From NCBI RefSeq assembly GCF_964204645.1, contig NC_134026.1, positions 16,464,150 to 16,528,149 on the forward strand: DNA of 64,000 nucleotides, given 5' to 3'. Shown here piece by piece: positions 51,814-64,000 of this stretch. How positions within the stretch are numbered: the stretch's first letter is position 1; each line of letters starts with the position of its first letter. The position numbers and the translations under genes are program-made. Below the pieces are notes generated by a model. That model was not told where the DNA came from, ran no database searches, and worked only from the letters and a program-made list of their open reading frames with translations. The stretch comes from Tubulanus polymorphus (taxonomy: Eukaryota; Animalia; Nemertea).

Positions 51814-54800
51814 ATGGAAGCAAATAGGTACTACTGTTCAACATTTTATATCAATATAGATAAATCCCAAAAATCAAGACACAATAAAACTAAAACACAT
51901 TTAGAGAATAAAATGAAACTAGAATATAAAGATGATATATTGGAAACTAAATTAGAAGAATTAAAGAATGAAAAAGAAACATATAAATGCGATACATGTA
52001 ATCAATCATTCAGTGATAAAAGATATTACAATGAACATTTAAAATCTAAAAGCCATATTAGAAATATGAATAATGATATTTTAGGTGAGGATTATTTGAT
52101 AATGATGACGATAAGAAACATAAGACAATTAAAAGAATAAGAAATAAATTAAACAATAAAAGACCATACATGGAAGATGTAAGAAATTATATTAATTCAT
52201 TAGATAATAAAAAAGATATAATGATAACCGAAGCATTTAAAAGTGATATTGGCCCAGCAGCTATCGAGTTTAAATTTCATAAAGGAAAAACATTAGAGGA
52301 AAATAAAAAAACATTTAGAAAATATGAAAAATATTATAAAAATAATAACTGATGTTGAATATCATAAAATTAGTATATCTTCTAAAGTAAAGTTTATAAA
52401 ATCTGAAGATAAACCAATATATAATATAAATTCTCATTCACGACATATTATATCTAAACAACATATAGAAGATAAATTAGATAAATGTTATAATGAAGTA
52501 AAAACTAAAATAGAAGAGAAATATTTTGAAGGATCTGTTTTAATATTTGATGAAATAATATTTATGACTTTACATGTTTATAACACAAAATATAATGAAT
52601 TAACTAAATTAAAACCAATGGATGAAAATAATTTATCATATTATAAAGAACCAGATATTGAAGCATCGAGTTATATTAAACTACCATTTAAAACTAATGC
52701 TGTAATAAATGTACAAAATGAAGATGATAAATGTTTTCTATGGACAATTATAAGTTGCTTACATCCAACAGAAGATATTACACATAGTTTTTGATTAACT
52801 CATTATAAACCATTTGAAAATAATTATAAGATAGATAAGTATCCTGTTAGAATTAAAAACATCCCAAAAATAGAAAGAGATAATAATATAAAGATAAATG
52901 TATTTGATTTAATCAAATTACCAAATACAAAAGGTAACAATATAAAACATTATACATTAGAACCTTTATACCTATCAAAATATAATGATTCAAATGATGT
53001 TATAGATATATTATATTATGAAAATCATTATATGTGGATTAAAAGAATCGATTTATTTTTTAAATCAGAAAATGATTTTGATAATAAAATATATCTATGT
53101 AGAAAATGTTTACATAAATTCAGAACTGAAAGTGCATTATTAAATCATAAACAATTATGTGAAAATCATGATTATTGTAGATTAGTTTTACCAAATGAAA
53201 AGGATTAAATATTAGAATTCAAAAAATATGATTACAAAAATAAAGTACCATTTGTAATATGTGGAGATTTTGAATCATTAAATAAAGAACTAACCGATCA
53301 AGATAGAAAAGATTTATATTATAAATGAAAGAAATTAAATTCTAATGAAAATGATTTTTCAGAAGAACCACCAAAAACAAATACTTTTAAAAAGATTCAT
53401 CAATCAGCTGCTGCTTTCGGGTTATATATTAAATCTGATTATCCAGAACTAATTAAAAGTGAATATTATCATTATAGAAATGAAAATGTTATTAATCATT
53501 TTTGTGACTTATTAATTGAATATGAAATAAAATTTAATGAAAAGTTAAATAAAAATAAAGAAATTATAATGACAGAAGAAGATAAAGAAGCATTTGAGTT
53601 TGCAGATAAATGTTATTATTGTGAAAAGATATTTAATTATAAAGATAAAAAAGTAAGAGACCATGACCATTTGAATGGAAAGTTTAGAGGTGCTGCACAT
53701 GAGAATTGTAACTTACATGCTAAGAAAATTAACTTTGTACCAGTTATATTTCATAATCTATCAGGATATGATGCTCATTTATTTATCAAACAGTTATGCC
53801 ATAAAATAGAAGAAATTAATAATGAAATAGAAAGATTAAATTCAAATAGATCAAAAGATAAAATACCAACTTATAAATCTAAAATGTTAGCTAGAACATC
53901 TGAGAATTATATATCATTCCAATTTGGTTGCCTAAGATTTATAGATTCATATATATTTTTAAATAGTTCATTACATAACTTATCAAAATCATTAGTTGAT
54001 GATGAATTAAAAATATTAAAGCAGCACTACCCAAATAATGATGATTTTTAATTAATGAGATATAAAGGCGCAATTCCATATTCTTTCTATAAAAATCATA
54101 ATGATTTTAACATAACTGAATTATTAAAAGAACAATTCTATGATGAATTAAAAAATGAATATGGTAAAGATGAAGTTTATAATAGAACATTGAATATTTG
54201 GAATCATTTCAAAATAGAAAATCATGGACAATTAGTAGATTCATATCTAAAATCAGATGTATTATTATTGACCGATATATTCGAAAGGTTTAGAGATGTA
54301 AACCTAAAATATTTCAATATTGATCCATGTCATTGTTATTCTAGCCCAGGTTTAACATGGGATTGTGGATTAAAATTTACAGATATAAAAATGGATTTGT
54401 TAACAAATATAGATCAATTATTATTATTTGAAAAATCTATAAGAGGAGGAGTTTCAGGTGTATTAGGTGATAGATATTTCAATGTAAATGATAACCCCGG
54501 ATATAAGTTATTATATATAGATGCAAATAATTTGTATGGTTGGGCAATGATGGAACCACAACCTTATGGAGTATTTGAAATAAGTGAAGTTTCACAACAT
54601 GAAAATAATGATACATTTGATTGGAAGAAAAGAATCCTAGATATCGCAGATGATTCAGATACTGGTTACTTCTTTGTTGTAGACTTGGAATATCCTGAAC
54701 ATATTAAATTTAAATCTAGAAATCTAGCATACTGTCCAGAACATAAAACTGTTACTCATGAAGAATTATCAAATTATCAAAAAAGAATTAAATCCGAAAA

Positions 54801-55854
54801 TCGTATTCATGCAGAAAAGTTAATGGTAACTCAAGAAGATAAATATAATTATGTAGTACATTATAGAATGTTAAAGTTTTATCTAAAACAAGGAATGATC
54901 CTAAAAAAAGTACATAGTTATATTTCATTTAGTCAATCTAAGTGGTTAGAAAAATATATAGATTTTAACACCAAACAGAGAACTGAAGCTAAAACTGATT
55001 TTGAGAAAGATTTCTTCAAACTAATGAATAATGCATTCTATGGTAAGACTTGTGAAAATATTGGAAATAGAAATGATATTGAGTTAGTTAGTAATGGTAA
55101 AAGGATAAGGCATTTACAATCATATCCTAAGTTTTTAGGTAACAGAATATTTGATGAAAATTTAGCTGCAGTTAAGATGAGAAGAACATCAATTAAATTT
55201 AATAAACCAATCTATGTTGGTGCTTCAGTTTTAGAATTATCAAAATTACTAATGTATGAATTCTATTATAATGTATTACAACCACGTTTTGGAGAAAAAC
55301 ATATAGAAATATTATATTTTGATACCGATTCTTACATATTAAAGATAAAAACTAATAACATAACTGATGATTTAAAAACATTAAAACATCATTTTGATTT
55401 CAGTAACTATCCTAAAGATCATGAATTGTTTAGCAATGATAATAAAAAAGTTCCCAGTAAATTCAAAGATGAATTAGGTGGTGAAGAAGTGATAGAGTTC
55501 ATGGGTATTAGATCTAAAATGTATTCATATAAAACTAAAGAACATGAAGCTAAAAAGTTAAAAGGAATAACCAAAAGCGTAGTAGAAAAGAATATTCATT
55601 TCAAAGATTACATCAATTGTATATTCAATGAAGAAGTTAGAAAACATAAGATGAGATCTTTAAGATCTGAAGATCATGAAATGTTTATTGAAGAAATTGA
55701 AAAGATAAGTCTAAACCCATTTGATGATAAAAGATATATTCTGGATGATGGAATTCATACAGTTGCTTATGGCTGCAATTTAGATGATTACTTAAAATTT
55801 AAAAGAGAAGAAACAAAAGAGAACGAGATAATGAAAAGAATTATAACGTGTTAA
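51814..55854 (+). pseudogene. polB: Protein-primed family B DNA polymerase, disrupted by stops and frameshifts
   Basis: C2H2 finger CDTC...H..SKSH; NVQNEDDKCFLW; exonuclease GDFES and FHNLSGYDAH; endonuclease VII-like CYYC..VRDHDHLNGKFRGAAHENCN; polymerase motifs YIDANNLYG, KLMNNAFYGK, YFDTDS. Confidence 0.93.
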
Positions 55855-55883
55855 TCAAATTTTAACAAAAATATGAATTATAA

Positions 55884-56239
55884 ATGGAGAGTAAACAAAC
55901 ACACAGTGAGAACAACAAATTATTTCTAGATAGAATAAAAGATACTTCAAATGTCAAATCAGTAGATTATAAATTTAAGAAGTTAAAAGAATTAATAATC
56001 CATAAGAAATATCTAATTACAAATATTGATACAGTTACTAACAAATATGGAGATGAAATTAGTTATACACTTAGAATATGAAGGATTAAAAGGAAATACA
56101 TATAAATTCAGAACATATTTACCTGATAGATTTCATAGATTATCAAGTGAAGATCTAGCAGAATTATGTTCTGGAGATTTCTATTTCATATACAAAAGGT
56201 AAGAATGAAAAAGGGCACCATGAAATAGATTTCGAATAA
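55884..56239 (+). pseudogene. Small Polinton ORF, disrupted
   Basis: TAAATG start; coding-like sequence continues past the stop at 56081 in shifted frames. Confidence 0.45.
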
Positions 56240-56253
56240 AATATGTAAAATAA

Positions 56254-57016
56254 ATGGTAGAATTAAAAGAATACAGAATATTTGTTGATTCTAGAAAACT
56301 TACAAATTATAAATCACATAATTTACTAGTACAATTAGATAGAGAATTTAAGAATTGTGTAGATTTAAAATTAGTAAATATAGGTTTATGTAATTCTTTT
56401 TACAATATATCGAATAAAACTATTGAAGATAATACTTTTTTAATTCATATTAGAAATGTAAATAAATGGTTTCATCTAATTTTAAAACCAGGATTATATA
56501 ATTCAGATACATTAGCTCAAGAAATTAATAGAAGAGCACGGTTGAAAATTAGAAGTGAAGATAAATTTATAATTAGATTTATAGCATAAGTGATAGCACA
56601 AATAAAATTAAAATAAAGTTACATGATGAAAGTCAACATGCATTTATGGTTAAAAAAAACCTATAGCTAAACTGTTAGGAATTGTACCAGATACTGTTAC
56701 AGGAAACGTAGATGGTAATTCAAATGTAATGACTTTTACGCACTTTTATATTTATTGCAATTTAATTGATCCTACAAAAACATTTGAAGCAACTAAAGAT
56801 ACAATCTGTAATTCTAGTGTATTAAATATTTTACCATTAAAAAATGTTAAACAATTTGGAACGAAAATAAATTATAATTTAGCTGAATGTGATTTTAAAC
56901 CTTGTATTCCTCAATTTAATAATTTTAAATTAGAAATAAGAAATCACAATGGATACTTAATTGATTTGAATAACTTTCCTGTAATTTATGAATTAGTTAT
57001 AAGATGTAGAGAGTAA
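56254..57016 (+). pseudogene. Probable minor capsid (penton-like) protein, frameshifted
   Basis: Two ORF pieces with IFVDSR, NSFYNIS, LKPGLYN, IYCNLI and LEIRN.NG.LIDLNN patterns typical of Polinton minor capsid proteins. Confidence 0.6.
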
Positions 57017-57032
57017 TTTTTTCATTATATAA

Positions 57033-57293
57033 ATGAATATAACTGTTGGACCGAGTATATGTTTTGGGTTTGATTTTAAACGTGAGAAAGAAATGAAATT
57101 TAACATTAATGATGTAATTATACATATTAAATATATTGCATTTTCTAATGAAACAACATTTGAGTATAAAACAACAATAGATAAAGAAACTTTAGATGTA
57201 GAAAAGATTACTAATTTAATTAGAGAATCTTTAAGATTTTATGAATTAGATGAATATTTTATCATCGATGATATTAAAAAAAATGATAATTGA
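57033..57293 (+). CDS. Polinton hypothetical protein
   Basis: 86-aa ORF with TAAATG start. Confidence 0.45.
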   Translation: MNITVGPSICFGFDFKREKEMKFNINDVIIHIKYIAFSNETTFEYKTTIDKETLDVEKITNLIRESLRFYELDEYFIIDDIKKNDN

Positions 57294-57390
57294 AATATAT
57301 ACAAATGAAACTAGTAATGAAATAAATGTTGAATTAATCATCACTAAGATAACTAAATATTTTGAAGATAGTAATTTTTTTGATAAATAA

Positions 57391-57613
57391 ATGAGTGATA
57401 ATAAGTGGATAATAACTGGATTATATAATGGAGCATTACTATCAGTTGGAACTGTTGGTTATTCAATGGTATTTAAAAAAAGTATTCAAAACGGGAAGTG
57501 TTAATGTTGATAGATTTGATATAAATGATATCTTAAAATTAACATTAGCAGTAACTTTATCTAATTTAACTATTGATTATTTGGAAAAACAAAAATATAT
57601 TCCTCCCATATAA
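57391..57613 (+). pseudogene. Small hydrophobic Polinton protein, frameshifted in an A-run
   Basis: MSDNKWIITGLYNGALLSVGTVGYSMVF joins KKVFK...YLEKQKYIPPI after a frameshift. Confidence 0.55.
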
Positions 57614-57637
57614 ATGCGTAATTATTTTACTAAATAA

Positions 57638-58099
57638 ATGGCTTCTGCAGTTATAACTATTATAGGATCGGCAATTGTTAACGCTTTAGCATTTACTGGT
57701 GGTGGTTATTTATTTAAACATATTGATAAAAATGGATCATAACAGAACAAAAAAGACATAACTTAGCATTAGAGAAATACAATAAAGCAGCAGAAGAGAA
57801 ATACAATAAAGCAGCAGAAGAATATAGAGAAAAGAGACAAAACTATATGGATTATATTAACAAGGAATTATATGATCAGAAGATTTCACATAGAGATTTT
57901 CAATCAGTTGATGATGCAATGAGTTTATATAACGCGGTAACCAATAAAGAAAAATTACATCTACATAAACCTACAATATCAGATTATTATACCCCAAGTA
58001 ATAGTTATCATACCCCAAGAACAGAAGAAATATGAAATAATATGGATTTTAGGTGGAACAGTTATTAATATATTTGTAGCGTATAGATTTACTAATTAG
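57638..58099 (+). pseudogene. Polinton/adintovirus-type small membrane protein, disrupted
   Basis: MASAVITIIGSAIVNALAFTGGGYLF...EQKRHNLALEKY with an internal stop/frameshift and a 24-bp duplication. Confidence 0.55.
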
Positions 58100-58118
58100 T
58101 AATTTTTTTGTTAAATAA

Positions 58119-58545
58119 ATGGATGATAATATTGATATTATTCCTCATGATATAAATAAAACTAAATTAAAAATATATGTAGAAAAACAAATATTAGAAT
58201 TTGAAAGTGATTTAAAAGTTAAAAAGAAAAAATATTTAAAAAGTAAAATTATATATTATTTGATTATAAGTGGTTCGGTTACAATTAGTTCTGTAATAAC
58301 ATTTCTAGCAATATTCAGTCCATTAACACCTTTAGCTATATCAATTGGTGTGTTAGGATTAAGATTTAAGTGTTTTAACTGGTATAAGTTCAAAATTGAA
58401 TATAAAAAGTAATAAAGAAAAAATTAAAACTAATATAAAAGAAATTAATAAATTAAAGAATACACTAGATTATATAATAAGTTTAAATGGTCATATAACA
58501 GTTGAAGAACAAGATAAATTATTAAAAGAATTAGTTAATTATTAA
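58119..58545 (+). pseudogene. Polinton transmembrane/coiled-coil protein, frameshifted
   Basis: ORF 58119-58412 has hydrophobic segments; coding-like sequence continues in another frame. Confidence 0.5.
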
Positions 58546-58561
58546 TTTTTTAATTATATAA

Positions 58562-59888
58562 ATGGCAGATAGTTTTCCAAAAGCTTTCCAATATAATAAA
58601 TCTATTAAATATAATATTCCTGCAATAGATTTTAATAAAGATATTTCATTTAGAAATGAAGTTTTAAATTCATTAATTGATTTATATATTTATGTTACTG
58701 AAAGTAATAATTTTCATGTAAAGATGGAAAATATATTTCATGTTTATGAAATTAATTTAAAAAATTTAAATGAGGCAAAACAATGATTATTAAAATCTAA
58801 TATGAAGTATTGGCAGAACCAATTAAATTTTGCTGTTTATTGCGCAACAACAGGATGTGGAATTAGTTGGAATGATCATTTAAACAAACCAAGTTTACCA
58901 TTGATGTTATCACTTTTTAGATTTCATATTTATTTTCAAATAAAATTAATATTAGATGAATTAGAATGTCCTTTACCAGGTTCAAAATATTTTAAAGAAT
59001 TGAATAATAATATTAATTTTTCTAAGTTTTATAAAATATGTAATGAATTTAATATTAATTCAAATAAAGATTTTAGAGCAAAAATTGGAACAATGGGTGG
59101 ATTAGGAATATTATATACTAAAGAATTTGGAAAAATAATGACAAATTCAGATATAAGAACACTAAATTCGAATGAATTACCAAAATATTATAATAATATA
59201 CAACAACAAAATAATAATGGTTGGGTTTATTTCATTTTAGAAAATAGTGAAGGTTTTACTAAAGCTGGTATACAAAGAATAAATCAATCCATTAGAACTT
59301 ATTTGATATGTATTTTAGGTGCGCAAGTTGAAACAAGATCACCAATAGTTGGAAATGATAACACTTCATTCGATGCGCAGAAACAATTCAAAGTATTATT
59401 TGAAGATTCAATTCCTTAATGATAAAAATAGATCGATTCCAGAAAACATTGTAAGATATCAAAATTATCTAGATAAATCACATATTAGATTAAATTATTG
59501 TATAGGCCCTAATCTATTTATTATTTCTAATGATTTAGTATTAAAGATGGGAAATATAATTGGTTATAATAATCTAATTAAAACTGCAACAATAAATAAT
59601 TCATTTGGATTAAATGATATAAATAAAAAGATTATTACTGCTCCAAAATTAATGGAAGGTGAAAAAAATAAAAAACATATTCAATCAACAGAAACTAAAA
59701 CTAAGAATATTAAATTAAATAATGATTCTAAAATAAAAGATTACAATACATCAAAAAATATAAAAACTGATAATATTCAACATGAAATAATTAAACTAAA
59801 TGATGATAATAAATCCCATGAAAATACTAAATTAGCTATAAATTGTATAGGAATTGTAATCGGAGGAATATTATATTTTAAATTTTAA
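58562..59888 (+). pseudogene. Polinton/adintovirus-type protein of unknown function, split in three pieces
   Basis: ORFs 58562-58786 (TGA in frame with the next), 58802-59419 (WQNQLNFAVYCATTGCGIS, FRFHIYFQ) and 59349-59888 (C-terminal hydrophobic tail). Confidence 0.6.
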
Positions 59889-59903
59889 TTTTTTATTATG
59901 TAA

Positions 59904-60629
59904 ATGGCAGAAGGCGGAGAAGATATTGGAATTGATACTTTTGGTGACGCTCCCGGTATAAGTGATGAACAACCACCTAATTTTGATGAAACAAGTAATG
60001 ACGGTAATGAGCCAGGACGTAATACTAATTTAAGTGAAGATGATGATTATGATGATGATTATGATGATGATTATGATGGAATTAATACCGAATTACGTGA
60101 AAAATTAATTAAATATTTAAAAGCTCCTGAAAGTGGTAGAATTTCAACTAGAACAGAAAGCAAAGAATTTATGAAACTATTAGAAAAACAACAAAAAGAA
60201 TATCCTGATAAACCCATGGAATTATATAAAATGAAATCTAGAGTAACAGATACAATTGTTAACGAATTATTACCAAAAGTTGTAATAGATGAAATTGATT
60301 CAGAAGGTGTTGTAGAACAAATTTTAAAAGATGACCCATTTTTCATGAATAATTTAGAATTTAAAAATGATTCATGGTATTATAATCTTGAATTAAATAA
60401 TAAACAAATTGATAGATTAAGTGATGCAGAAGAACTGATGAATAGTATATCAGATACATCTGGTGTTGAAACTGGAATAAATCGAATACAGTCTTTACTA
60501 GAAAAAGGATTAATTGATTTAACTTATGATAAATTAGAAGCATTTCCTGAAAACGCACGTAGAGAAATTAAAGGTATGCAAGAATCATCTGTTGAAATTG
60601 CTAATATTAATACTAAATTACAGTTGTAA
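59904..60629 (+). CDS. Acidic Polinton hypothetical protein
   Basis: 241-aa ORF with TAAATG start and DDDY repeats. Confidence 0.6.
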   Translation: MAEGGEDIGIDTFGDAPGISDEQPPNFDETSNDGNEPGRNTNLSEDDDYDDDYDDDYDGINTELREKLIKYLKAPESGRISTRTESKEFMKLLEKQQKEYPDKPMELYKMKSRVTDTIVNELLPKVVIDEIDSEGVVEQILKDDPFFMNNLEFKNDSWYYNLELNNKQIDRLSDAEELMNSISDTSGVETGINRIQSLLEKGLIDLTYDKLEAFPENARREIKGMQESSVEIANINTKLQL

Positions 60630-60694
60630 GTGCAATTATTTTTGGGTTAGTAAACATGATAAAAAATAAATAATTAATTTTTTTTGTTAAATAA

Positions 60695-61939
60695 ATGAGT
60701 GGGAGTTATATCAATCCTTCTAAGAATCATAGAATATCTAATGCTATTAAAGCAGAAAGATCACATCATATTATTACTCATAACCCTTCTAATATTAATC
60801 CCGATGAAACTTTATATGTTAGAATTCCTCGATTAACACAAAATACTTTTTATGTTCCAAATAGTATTTATTTATCAGCCGATATAAAAGTAACCGGTAA
60901 TAATAATAATTATGTTGTCGATAATGTTGGAAGATATTTGATTAAAAGATTAACAATAAAGATTGGTCCAGAAACAGTTTTCTCATTAGATGATTATAAT
61001 TTATTTATGCATTATAAAGATTTATGGTTAACTAAAGAAAACAGAAATAATATATTTCAAGGAATCCAATCAGAAAACCAAAATAAATTAAGATCAGAAG
61101 CGCATAATGCAATATTAACTAATGCTATACATAAATTGATAAAAAGTATATATGGAAGCAAATATAAAATTCCATTAGACTTTGAATTGATAAATAATAA
61201 TGCGCCTTTATATAAATATGCAATTCAAGAAGATGTTATATTAGAAATAACATTTTCTCTTGTAAATGAAATTGTATTATCTAGCGTTGTTAAAGATATG
61301 GGTTATAAATTATCGAATATATGTTTAGAATATGACACAGTAACTGATGAAAATATTTCAAGTATAATTCAAACTAAATACAATCAACGATTTTCATTAT
61401 TATATGATTATATTGATAAATTTAAAACTGTAACTATTAATGCAAATGATAAAATTATAAATGAGAATATTAACTTCCCAAGAAGATCTATTAAAGGTAT
61501 ATTAATATTTTTTACCATTGCAACATATACTTATGGTGCAATAAATGTTGATAATTATTATAATCCTGAAATAACAAAAGTAGAAATAACTATCGAAGGA
61601 ATAGCAAATAAAATATTTTGTCAAGGAATGAGAATGATAGATCAATGGCCAGAAATTAGAAAACATTTTATCAATGAAAAAGTAAAATCATCTGAAAATT
61701 GTAATATTAATCAAATTGATTATTATACCGGCAATAAATATGCATTATGATTAGATTTTAGAACAACAGAGGATAATTCATTACATGGTTCTGGAAAAAA
61801 ATTACAGAACACTAAAGATGGAATACAATTATTCATGCAAAAGAAAAGAGGAGACAAAAATTTTAAAATGCACATTTATATTATATCTGACGCGCAATTA
61901 AATATTGTAAATTCTCAATTAAATAGTGTTATGTATTAA
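60695..61939 (+). pseudogene. Probable major capsid protein (double jelly-roll) with one premature TGA
   Basis: 351-aa ORF (THNPS.I.P.ETLYVRIP, VVDNVGR, SNICLEYD, PRRSIKGIL, YYNPEITKV) continues in frame after TGA (61748-61750) as LDFRTTEDNSLHGSG...ISDAQLNI to TAA at 61939. Size and beta-rich pattern fit an MCP. Confidence 0.65.
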
Positions 61940-61971
61940 AATTTTAACTTTAATAAAAATTTATATAATAA

Positions 61972-62492
61972 ATGGAAGGAGGTAAAGTATATAAACACAT
62001 TCCATACATCGATACACATGAAAATAATGATGGTTTATATTATGTAATACCTTGTAATATAGCTTTGATATTTGATCCTATTTTCAAAATTTATAAAACT
62101 AAACTAATAGAAATCGATAATAATAAAAGTGGTGTTGTTGATAATTTAAGTAATGTAATTGATAATAATAATGTAATACCTTCTACATCTAATAATGTAA
62201 TACCTTCTACATCTAATAATGTAATACCTTCTACATCTAATAATAAACATATAATACAAAGGTACATATTACTAATGTAATAGAACGTGTTGGTTTAAGA
62301 GAATTTATAGAACACCCATTTAAATATGTTACAAAATTTGTTTCAAATAAAAAAGTAAATGGTAAAGAATTATATGAAGATTTATTATTAGCAACACCTA
62401 ATAAAGATGAATTAGATTTAACCGATGCTAATAAAATATTAGGATCAAACACTGTAAATGAAATATTAGGAGCAATTACTACTAACTATTAA
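61972..62492 (+). pseudogene. Polinton hypothetical protein with a 3 x 24-bp internal repeat, frameshifted
   Basis: NNVIPSTS occurs three times; coding-like sequence continues in another frame. Confidence 0.45.
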
Positions 62493-62736
62493 TTCTATTC
62501 CATAATTCTGAAACGTTAGAATATGATACTTCACTTTCTGGGTTATAATATAACTCTCTTAAATATTGTTCTTTTTTCATCTTTTAATCCATTAATAATA
62601 ATTTAGATTTAGTTTCAACGGCTTTATGATTTGACTTATTTTCTGGTATGATAGGTTTATCATCATTGGAATCATCTTTATCATCAGATTTGAATTTTGA
62701 TTTATATATTACACCGGATAATATAATAATTGTGAT

Positions 62737-62961
62737 TTACCCAATTGTAATATATAAGTAATTATTTCTTCCACTATTAGAAGAATTAGAAGAATTAGAT
62801 GGATTATTATTTGAATCAATAACAGATAATTTCAGTGATTCATTTATATCAGTTAATTTCTTTTTCTTAGCTTTTTTTAATTCTGAAGATCTTTTACCTA
62901 ATTCTCTTGCCCATTTAATTTGTTTCTCGGATCTGGGATTTTTCTTAACGCCATCACTCAT
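62737..62961 (-). CDS. Small basic Polinton protein
   Basis: 74-aa ORF with TAAATG start (KKNPRSEKQIKWARELG). Confidence 0.5.
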   Translation of the reverse strand: MSDGVKKNPRSEKQIKWARELGKRSSELKKAKKKKLTDINESLKLSVIDSNNNPSNSSNSSNSGRNNYLYITIG

Positions 62962-63568
62962 TTATTTTAGTTAATTTTTGTTCTGATTCATTTTCTGTTT
63001 CGCCGTTTGGTTGTAGTACAGCGTCATCTGTTTCGTTCTTACCTGATTTATATTCCATAGGTTTGATGTTCGAAAATGTTATGACACCAGTAGAAATTAA
63101 CGTCATAACCGATCCTAATTGAAATGAAGCATAACCAACCCATTTTTGTAATTCAGTCATAACTAAGTAGTCATTTTTCAAATCACTATATAATTTATTT
63201 TCATCATCAATTGGTATTAACTGGTTACATAACTTAGAATAACATTTGACAATACCATCTGAAAAAGAATCATTTATTCTAGCCAATCTAGCTTCTTCAT
63301 AAATCTTAAAATATTTTATTACTTTATCGGGTTTCATAGAGTCTAATTCTTGAAAAGTTATTATTTTCCCGATAAACTGATTACATTTACCACTAACAAT
63401 TAGTAATTCAAGATGGTGTTTACAATATAAGTAGTATTCATAATATATATTACAATTAACTTGAATATTATTTTCAATTTTGGTTGTAATATCCTTATTA
63501 TCACTAATGCCTAAATCATCTAATGTTTTTTCAATATCAATCCTTTTCTTACTCGATTTCTTTGACAT
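62954..63568 (-). CDS. Polinton hypothetical protein
   Basis: 204-aa ORF with TAAATG start and a hydrophobic segment near the C-terminus. Confidence 0.6.
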   Translation of the reverse strand: MSKKSSKKRIDIEKTLDDLGISDNKDITTKIENNIQVNCNIYYEYYLYCKHHLELLIVSGKCNQFIGKIITFQELDSMKPDKVIKYFKIYEEARLARINDSFSDGIVKCYSKLCNQLIPIDDENKLYSDLKNDYLVMTELQKWVGYASFQLGSVMTLISTGVITFSNIKPMEYKSGKNETDDAVLQPNGETENESEQKLTKINE

Positions 63569-64000
63569 TTATATTAGAGAAATTTAATAAGAAAAATATT
63601 ATAAGTATTATAAAATGATACCAGTATCTCTTTAGATTAATACTAGCTTAGTTAAAGGTAAAGAATTTTAGTATTAGTCATTGTTTTTTTAGTATTTTTT
63701 ATTTGTGATATAAAGTATTCTTTTTTGAAAAGAAAATATTAAAAAAACAATAACTAATACTAGCTAGTTGAAGATATGTAATTTTTAATACTTTTTATTT
63801 AAATTCTATTATTCTTTAACCACTCATTAAAGACTCAACGTATTGTCCATTATTTGGGTCATTGTTCCATTGATCAATAAATTTCTTTGCCTTTGTTAAC
63901 TGTTCTAAATATAACTGTAAATCTAGTTTATTAGATTTGATTTGATTTTCTTTCTTTTCAAGAGGTCTTAAATTTTTCCAACCCCAAATAAGTTTTTTAT

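Larger units (their letters stand above)
32543..51829 (+). repeat. Segmental tandem duplication, copy 2 (with an extra 2385-bp insertion)
   Basis: Near-identical to 11489-28420 apart from scattered substitutions, homopolymer/microsatellite indels and the 39133-41508 element. Confidence 0.95.
51588..64000 (+). mobile_element. Decayed Polinton/Maverick (adintovirus-like) endogenous element, continuing beyond the window
   Basis: Abrupt very AT-rich, intronless, gene-dense block with a protein-primed PolB and capsid-like genes. The left boundary is at the 51588-51735 palindrome. No integrase, packaging ATPase or protease recognised within the window. Confidence 0.9.

Noticed and set aside
32543-51829. 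Pure assembly artefact duplication
   Set aside because: The copies differ by substitutions and a TSD-flanked insertion, and the junction holds a complete retroelement. Not fully excluded without reads.
58784-61750. TGA-as-Trp alternative genetic code or selenocysteine in Polinton genes
   Set aside because: In-frame TGAs coexist with premature TAA stops and frameshifts, and TGG is used for Trp, so ordinary pseudogenisation explains them.

Overview
Eukaryotic (probably invertebrate) genomic DNA made almost entirely of nested mobile elements; no confident host gene. (1) A 10.07-kb DNA transposon (10120-20193; 20-bp TIRs, probable ATT TSD) carries two convergent intron-containing genes: a CxC/KDZ-type transposase and an apparently intact 7-exon, 469-aa DUF3987/YfjI-like AAA+ NTPase. 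A 1.8-kb telomere-like array sits in the first transposase intron. (2) A near-identical ~17-kb tandem duplication (11489-28420 and 32543-51829) has its junction filled exactly by a 4.1-kb Penelope-like retroelement. That element has a 5' minimal hammerhead ribozyme, an SGNH-esterase ORF1, a U_UUA_AAC slippery site plus stem-loop predicting a -1 frameshift into an RT/GIY-YIG ORF2, and a 3' end joined to the telomere-like array. (3) A 2.4-kb non-autonomous TIR element is present only in the second copy. (4) A decayed Polinton/Maverick (adintovirus-like) element runs from ~51.6 kb past the window end (pPolB, capsid genes, TAAATG gene-start motif). MITEs and Helentron-like, BEL/Pao and LINE remnants fill the rest. 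All family assignments come from motif recognition by eye, not from database searches.
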